Source: Polymyxa betae A26-41 (taxonomy: Eukaryota; Protista; Endomyxa: Phytomyxea). From it: 42,779 nucleotides of DNA. The stretch's first letter is position 1, and every line of letters starts with the position of its first letter. Under the pieces are notes generated by a model. It saw only the letters and a list, made by a program, of their open reading frames with translations, was not told the DNA's origin and ran no database searches. The stretch spans positions 1-42,779 of the forward strand of contig RBZT01000847.1 in assembly GCA_003693705.1 (NCBI GenBank). Direction: 5' to 3'. Made by a program: the position numbers and the translations under genes. Shown here piece by piece: positions 35,098 through 42,779 of the stretch.

Positions 35098-37063
35098 ATG
35101 GGTTCGTCCCGTGTTCGTGACCGCCGAGACCGCCGGCGGCGTCGGTCGCGGTCAAGATCGAGGCGAAGGTTGAGATCCAGAGATCATGATCGTCGGCGCC
35201 GGCGCAGATCGAGATCGAGATCACCAGGCAGAAGTCGCCGCTCGCGAAGTCCTCGCCGACGCGATAGCCGTCCATGTCCTCCTCAACCGAACCCTGATCT
35301 GATTAAGCAGCTGCTTTCACAGCAACAGCTGGGAGCGAGCCCACAGGTATAGAACATCTGGGTGAATATTTTTTTGTTAGATGCAATGATACTGCAATAT
35401 CGCACCTTCCTGATTTCTCTCTAATTTTCCGTTGATTGTCATGCTGTTCGTCATTGTTGCAATGTCGGAAGCTTCAATCACGTTTTTCTTTTTCAATAAT
35501 TTAAATCTCGAAGTGGTGTGTTTCTGCTTATAAGGCATAACTTAAATGTGCTTCTTGTTTTTGCCTAGCTTGCTGTTTTTACATAGGACACTCGGAAGTC
35601 TGCTGAAATCACCTCTTTGTCAGGCCACTCGACAAGCTCGTCGTGTCTATGTTGGCAATATGCCGATTGGTGCGGGTTTCACAGAGGCTGCCTTAGTTCA
35701 GTTCTTCACCGATGCTGCTGTCAGCGGTTTGTGTCGTTCGCTGTCAATGCCCTTTTCTAACAATCTGTTCTTACAGCTGGCATCACCACTCCGAATCCGG
35801 TCCTCTCTGTATGGTCAAGTGCAGATGGCTCATTTTGTGTAACCTCTGTTCTGTTTGTTTCTGTTGCCAAGCCTTTGCTTTTGTTCCATTCCACCTTTCT
35901 GCAATAGGTTTCTCAATAATTTAGCATCTTTTCAATGTTTGCTTAGAAATCTTGAGGTTGTGTTATTCACAAGCATTCTTATATTCTTGTCTTGAATACA
36001 AGTAATGACTCTCTATACAGTTCGTCGAGGTTCGTGATCTCATGGTTTCCTTCAACTGGTAGTCCCATTCGTGCTTGTTTTTGCTCAGATGCGCGCCGTC
36101 TCCGATTCGACCCGTTCTATCGACCGCTGGGATAGTTTACAGCTGGGTGGACGACAGCTAAGGGTTGGACGGCCAGCCGATTATACACCTGCTCCTCCTC
36201 ATCTTGGCACTTATGTCGTCGAGGTTGCAGGTTAGTGCACCTGGTTTGAATTTCTCAAGCTTTCGAATTTTGTTCGATCATTCTTTTGACGTTGCCGCTT
36301 GCTTTTCCGCTTGTTTTTTTCAAATTTTTTCGGTATTCAACTCCTGTGTCGTCTTGTTTTTAAAAGTGTAATTCCAAAGACTTCGCTTCTGTGTTTCATT
36401 CGAATTTCCATCTTAACATTCTCTATAGGTTTGCAGCCAGCTCCAGAGGATTGCACAGGACGTATGCGGGCAAGCACCTTTCCGCCGCCTGCTGGTGCGT
36501 TGTGTGCAACAACACATTTTGCTGGCTCTGAATGCTGTAGGCCTGATGCCTTTAACAGCCGGATCGAGTGCTGAAGCCACCCGGGTACTCTTATTATTGA
36601 ATGTCGTCAAACGTGAAGAGCTTCTGGACACAGAAGGTCTGTCCATTTTGTTTTGATTCTTTTGAAAAGATTGGACTCTGTCATCTTTCTTCTGACATGT
36701 GCTACCAATAATCAGAGGCGGCTCTGCAAATCCCCGAAATTGATGCTGTTTCTTAGAATACGATGATATCATACTGGATGTTCGCGAGGAATTTGAAAAA
36801 TTTGGTGCTGTGGACGATGTAAGGTAGCCGGAAAATCCGAGTGCAAGTTTGAATGATTTTATGTATAGCTTTGGGTTCCTCGTCCAAGCGCTGAGGGCCT
36901 GGAGTATGATCCTCCGGGCGTCGGCAAAGTCCTCGTTGCTTTCTCCTCCGTAGCAGATGCGGTTGCTGCTCGTCAATCTCTCAGTCGGCGCGTGTTTAAC
37001 AATCGCACCATTGACGCCATATACTTTCCTGTTCGGCAATTTGAAGATCGTGTGATACAGTGA
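35098..37063 (+). CDS. U2AF2: U2AF large subunit (U2AF65)-like splicing factor: RS domain + RRM1 + UHM, multi-exon
   Basis: RS repeats; ATRQARRVYVGNMP; GSFC|FVE|MR..LRVGRPADY; ATRVLLLLNVV..EYDDIILDVREEFEKFG..VPRP..PGVGKV..RVFNNRTI. Confidence 0.85.
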
Positions 37064-37103
37064 AATCATTGATTATGGCTAATATACAGCCATGTTTACA
37101 TAA

Positions 37104-37476
37104 CGAATATACTACCTAATAGATCTTACACGAGCTCGCCGTCGAATTCCTCTGCAATTAAAGGCGCACCTGCAAGCCTTGTCCATAACTTATGGAGACG
37201 AATTCGCTCAATATTTTCGATTTGTGATTAGTAAGTGCGACATTTTTGGATCATCCAAAGGAGGAATTCGTGAATATCAAGCGTCAGCTGATCATCGCAT
37301 TCCGGGCAGTATGTGGAGATGGATTGTTACAAGACTCAGTTCTGTTGATTTCGTCATCACGGTATCAAGGACAAGGTTGTTTTCGTCATTTGTTTCTGGA
37401 TTTGCTCAGTACCGCAGGAGGAGGGGATGGTTTACGCTGGCAACAAGGTGATAGTCCCTCTTCCAGACAGGCATAG
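37104..37476 (+). pseudogene. 5'-truncated, frameshifted paralogue of the downstream GTPase gene
   Basis: RIYYLIDLTRARRRIPLQLKAHLQAL..YG..FRFVISKCD aligns with PRYQIPPALKTHLQTL..YG..FRFVISKCD. Homology continues only after a frameshift in a T run at ~37243-37247. Confidence 0.75.
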
Positions 37477-38091
37477 ACGCTTGAACAATTTCAAAAGGCT
37501 GTTGTGCCGACTGCTCTCAAATATAAGCTACACGCTGGCGACAAGTGGCGGTATCGATCGACAAGATCTCATTAAGCATGATTATCACTTATCGCTGGAC
37601 ACAACGTCTATATTGCAAATCGGTTTGTCCACGAAGAATGCCCAGGACAAGACTTTGAATTTTTGGCTTTCCTCAAATCGTATATTAATGCTCTCAAGTC
37701 GTATATTGATGTTCAGTACGTTCTACAGTTTAAAGAATCTTGTAATTGAGCGGACCAAGGCCAGGCAACACTGTCTCGGATCTTCAGCTGGTGGAAGCAG
37801 AGTTTACAAAAACTGCACATCTGCCGAGCTGCACACTGAAAAGCTTTTCATAATTGTACGATCGGAATACAGTGAGATTTGTTTGGCAATTTGGCTATAC
37901 GATGGCATGTAGTTGTCGACCGTTATTGAACACGAAATGAACACCCCGTCCTCTGGACGGGTCCCAGAGAATCTATCAGGAAACATTCTTGAGCTCGCCC
38001 GTACACCGGACGGGTTTCACATCCAGCAGGGTTTTCGGTCTTGTAATCAACGAGATGAACTGCGCAACGATTCTCGATCCCCATTGTCAGC

Positions 38092-39309
38092 ATGATGGAT
38101 CACCGAATCTGTCTCATCATCATTGCGTTGGTGTTTATTTGCATTCGCCCCAGCTGTCACGCAGCGAATCTGCGACGTCAGGGTTTGGAAGAACAGCAAC
38201 CAGCTGTCGAGAATTTCCGTCCCCATTATTACGACCTGGCTCTGGAGAATGATCTGGGTCCACCAGCCCATAACGATGCCTGGGTCGATGATATGGTTGA
38301 TTGTCTATCAAACGGCCTTGTTACTGTTGTCGTTCATGGCGTTACGGGTGCTGGGAAATCACGCTTAATCAAGGCCCTGGTTGGGATGCGACCAGGAACA
38401 ATATCGGGAGGTGACGAACAATCCACTCGAGAATGCGTCCTTCACGATGACGTTCACACTGATAATGGCACGTTGTATCTAATCGACACTCCGGGTTTTG
38501 AACAACCCTGTGCTGGTGATGCTGCGATGTTCGAACAATCGAAGGAATTGGTATCACAGATTGACGCACCCTTAAAGCGAATCTATGGATTTCGACAAAC
38601 CGAGATATCAAATTCCCCCGGCATTGAAGACTCATCTGCAAACGTTGTTTTCAGCGTACGGTGAAACAATGATCAGCAGGTTCCGATTCGTTATTAGCAA
38701 GTGTGACCGATTGATATATCGTCGGCAAGTCATCGTTGATACGAAGCAATGCTTAATGCGAATATTCGGTGAAGCTATCGGAGCCGAGCTCGCACCGAAC
38801 TCTGTCCTGTTTATTGCTTGCCCTACTCTTCAACGATTCAATTGTTTGAACCATTTGCTGATTGATCTCAATCGCGCCGACATTGACGTTCCGAAACCTG
38901 CTCAATACCAACCGATACACCCCGTGTCTTCTGATCCTCGAGATTCCGACCACACCAATACTGACAATGCTGCTGATACAGGACCGCAAGTATCCGACCA
39001 CGACGTGTTGATCCAGCTGTTCAATGCGAACGGATGGAACACGTTTCCACGGACCCACAAGTCTCTGAGCGCGACGCATCGAATACCGATCGGAACGTCG
39101 CGCAGAGGCCACAAAATGCTGAAAACTCGCAATCGAGATCTGGAGTTTTGGTTCTGGTCATCGTCTGTGGCTGTGTTCTACTTTTATTTTGTGCCGCGAT
39201 CACGGTTCTGCCTGCATGGAAAGTTGTTGCTCGTCGTACGAAGATGATGATTGTTAGTGGTTTATTGTTATTGCAATGTGGGTGCTTGACGTGGTACTTG
39301 TTGCTATAA
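38092..39309 (+). pseudogene. Signal-peptide-bearing TRAFAC P-loop GTPase (AIG1/GIMAP/Era-like) with C-terminal TM helices, two apparent frameshifts
   Basis: MMDHRICLIIIALVFICIRPSCHA; G1 GVTGAGKS, G2 STRE, G3 DTPG, G4 SKCD. Frame changes near 38584 and 39005. C-terminal VLVLVIVCGCVLLLFCAAITVL and MMIVSGLLLLQCGCLTWYLLL. Confidence 0.7.
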
Positions 39310-41184
39310 TCTGGAGGATATCACAGACTTTACATGGAGTGACGCCAATTGGTGCCATAATGTCAAGTTAATACACGAGTCTACTGTCCTTCTAAGAAGG
39401 CAGGAATGACTTCTGAGGTTATTACGCCAGACGGATTGGGTACCGGTGGCGACCATCGTGACCTTTTTCTTGTCAAGTTCGTTCATCTGGAGATCGACCG
39501 AGCGTCCATATCGGAGAAGCAGGATGCGGAGGTGGTTTTCCAGGTTGAGCGGGATGGCTTGTTCGTGGTCCGTCCAGTCCAGTAGGAGATTCGCCTGAGA
39601 CGGGCTCGCCGTTCTAGGGCCAAATAATGTGCCTGGTCGACGCCACCTAGGGCGCGTACTTGTCCTGCCTCGTTGGGTTCCTCCGTCTGGGGTTTTTCGG
39701 TCGATGTGTAGACCATCCTGGCGTTGAAATTGACCATGAACAGATTCACGCCGTCACAATTCGCGAAACGATGAACACATGGGATCGCTGTATCATTTCG
39801 TCCACTATGGCAACAGACTCTGTTCGAGCTTGCAAGAACGGTCTTATGAGGTTGACTTGTTGTTGATGCGCCTTCGATTCATGAAATCGCAAACTATCAT
39901 AATGAACAAGAAAACTATGTAGCTCAAATTCATTTCGCAATATCGCATCAAATGAGATCCAAGAAAAAACGATTTTGCTACAATCCCCCAATTCGGCCAC
40001 TTTTGCTTGCAAGTGGCCAACTTCTGGACCCTTATTGTCGCCATTTCATCACCAACACATATTCCATTTGTTATGATATTGTATTGTCCCCATGTCGCGT
40101 CCGATCACGCCTCTGCAGATCCCTGTGCTTTTGTATAATTGATGCCTGTTTGTACGCTGGGCAATGTCCGTTTGAACGTTGAAGTCTAAATTTTGACTAT
40201 GTCCACCATGGCTTCACTTTATCCGTTTGAAAACGTTTACTATGGAATGATTGCATGCTATCGGCTATCCTGAGTACTACGCTCCATTTGTCTACTAACA
40301 TTTCAAGTTGCTAAAAACTATTAACAAACTAACTTAGTAATTTATTGAAACAAAGTTAACCGGAGAGAACTGTCTCGCGATTATCGATTTCAAGCGGTCC
40401 GTGAAATTTGCAATCATCATATGCAGGGCAGCAGGTAGTCGACCGGCATGTAGATATTGAGCTGCTCAAAGTACTACCACGCCTCAACTCGGGTTTTTAA
40501 TTCGTTTCAAGTAACGTTACATGACCTGAAGCCACACTCTTTACCAGCTCGCTGTTTAAGGACCGGTTCCTCATTGGTCGTACGCGCTGCCGGCATGACC
40601 TCAACGTCTTCATCGATTTCCTCGTAACGATCCTGACTTTGCCCATATTCAGGATCAGTCTCTTCCTCTAACTTACAGTGACGTTTCATGTTTTCCTCAG
40701 TGTATCCATCGAAGAATTCTTTTGAGCAGGTTTCTTCACAATCGGGACCTCTACAGAATTTGACAGCGCTTCAGTTAGTCTGTCAAAAGTTCTGTGTTAT
40801 TTCTATTTACGTTTGTTCCTTCTAATTCAGACTTTGTGTATTATAACTGTTGAATCACCCTTTTTTTTGTTTTTTTTTTAAATATCAATATTGTTTTTAT
40901 ATGCACTTGGGGCACAATGTTCCGGCTGGAATATTCTTACATCAGTGGCCGGCGCTTTCGACAATTTCTAAGCCCTATATCAGCCATATCGATGCCGTTC
41001 GGATGTCTGGAAGTTCCAGCACATTGCTGTATTATAATTCAACGACGTTTTGAACCGAATCTTTATTGGTTTCCTTAAATGCAAAGTTTACTCCCCGCTC
41101 TCTGTTCCTTAGTCCAGCTCTCCTCCTCGTCCCGATTAATTTTTCCTTCTGATTCAGTCCCTGCTCTCTACTCCTTCCCCTTCC

Positions 41185-42340
41185 TCAGACGGTTCTCGGT
41201 TTATTACAGTACGGTTTATTACAATCATCAATCAAGATTTGGCCGTACTTGACGGTATCATTTCTGATGCGGCAAAGCATCAAGATCAACCGAGCGAGAC
41301 GTGCAGCGCAACGTCGTCGCGTAGAAATCTCTTGATATCCGAGGAACCCGCCTTTCGACAGACTTTCACTGAGCCACCATTCAAAATAATGTAAATTTTG
41401 TTCATTGTAGGCCGTGTTTGTCCTCGTTGGAAAAAACAGAATTTCCAAACACCGTGCGATGACATACAGCAGCGCGTCGTTGGAGTTCTTCGGTGGCACT
41501 TTTTCAACGAAAAACTGCCAGGTCGAAGACGACCCAAACAGCAACCCCACCATTATCCGGTAATTTGCAGTTCTTGTTGCCGTGATTTTGAAAACTCCGG
41601 CAGAATCATATAGAATGCAATACCTGAGGATGGGGTGCATCATCAAGAAAACATCTCGATCATTCCTAAATAAATGTCAGTATTGACCTGGGGTTAGGGT
41701 TTCGACTCACTTTGCTATTGGGCATAACACGCAGGTCTTTTGATCGAAAAAATGATCTTGAATATCCGAGATCATAATGTCCCGCTTTTGCCGCAGCGGA
41801 TGACGGTTGGCTCGGATGTATATTACCTAGTACTTGCCCCAAATCATGGGATGCAAACAACTTATCTCTTTTTTTTCCTGCTGGGTGCCAAACCAGCAAG
41901 CGAATGCGTGAAGCAGGGCCTCTGGGAAAGGACTGTTCCTGCTTATCTCCCCGGACTTGAGGTCACTGATGATTTCGTGCTGCTTTCGTAAACAATAAGT
42001 CAGTTTCGACATATTGAAAATGGAGCAGCCTCGCAGTTTGTCCTGAAATAATGAGCATTCGCTTTTCCGCAATAATCATATCAACGTACTCACAATTCCC
42101 AGTACCGCGAGTCTCGATATGATCCTGGACGTTCTCGGCCAAAATGCGTCGCCTTGCAGGGAACGGCATTTTCTGCAGATTCTGATGAACCAGATCCAGG
42201 AATTCATTAGCCCAATCCAAGACCGCCTTGTCGAACTCGTTGCCGTCAACAGCTTCTTTGGCCAGGTAGATAAGGTCTTCTGGGCTGACTTCCCTGAAAT
42301 CAGATTCAAGAATCCGATTCCAGTTGGTCGATTTAAGCAA
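41185..42340 (-). pseudogene. Decayed Ulp1/C48-like peptidase gene (possible transposon cargo)
   Basis: FPEALLHAFACWF..LHPMIWGKY*..VLCPIAK|NDRDVFLMM..CILYDS..W..VPPKNSNDALLYVI follows the C48 motif order. In-frame TAG at 41827-41829; 45-nt intron 41666-41710. Confidence 0.4.
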
Positions 42341-42497
42341 CGGATGACGGCACCGCTCATCGAGATTCGCCGCAACCGCGCACTTGTGGCGTTCAAAAAG
42401 TTGCCGATCGTCGACAGTGCGTCAGCAGGATTCAGTGATCCGGATTTGGCGGCCGGTTGTTTATGAAAGAAATGTTGATATGATGTAATTAGTGGCA

Positions 42498-42520
42498 GAG
42501 AGAGAGAGAGAGAAAGAAAG
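42498..42520. repeat. (AG)n microsatellite
   Basis: agagagagagagagagaaagaaag. Confidence 0.85.
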
Positions 42521-42779
42521 TTCGCTTTGCAGTACCTATACCACAAGTCACAGGACTGCAAAATTCGTTCCGAAAAGCAAGAACCGTTTGCTGCTAAGCC
42601 CTACGAATTTGTCGGACTATGTCGGCTTGATGCTCAACAGCCACCTGGTTTCTGTCTTTGGTAATAAACCAATTCAAGTGAGCGCATTGAACAGCAATAT
42701 TGCGACGTTAGACTGTCATGCCCCGACTCTCTATTGCTTCGTTCTCTCGCCTCGCCTCACCTCCGACTCCCCTCCGACC

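Noticed and set aside
38529-38577. 49-nt GT-AG intron that would repair the first GTPase frameshift
   Set aside because: It would delete the helix and strand after G3 that the paralogue (RIYYLID) shows to be coding. A small deletion is more parsimonious, though not excluded without RNA-seq.
41827-41829. Stop-codon reassignment or readthrough at the in-frame TAG
   Set aside because: Intact genes in the window terminate with TAA, TAG and TGA normally, and the surrounding region is otherwise decayed.

Overview
This is eukaryotic, intron-rich, gene-dense genomic DNA. It has GT-AG introns in two size classes (about 45-60 nt, and 120-450 nt U-rich) and uses the standard code. It looks like a protist, most plausibly a plasmodiophorid/phytomyxid (Rhizaria), but that assignment is inference only. 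Hand-spliced gene models recover: a J-domain+FN3 protein; one ~1275-aa LRR/coiled-coil/TPR protein that joins six apparently separate ORFs; a ~795-aa disordered Trp-repeat (GW/DW) protein; a zinc-ribbon protein; a Mug135_C-like protein; an ACBP ending in SKL; several small secreted or membrane proteins; a 7TM-RGS protein; the CAF-1 large subunit (FAS1-like); an EF-hand/PH/kinase (CDPK7-like); and a U2AF65-like protein that lacks RRM2 and has a 9-nt micro-exon inside RNP1. The right flank holds two frameshifted paralogues of a signal-peptide-bearing P-loop GTPase and a decayed Ulp1-like gene. The left flank is repeat/relic DNA and opens with a minimal Penelope-type hammerhead ribozyme motif. 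Dimeric telomere-like (TTTAGGG)2 motifs recur in promoters and near intron 5' ends, and one intron holds a perfect 28-bp inverted repeat. All gene models were built by eye and need RNA-seq/HMM confirmation.
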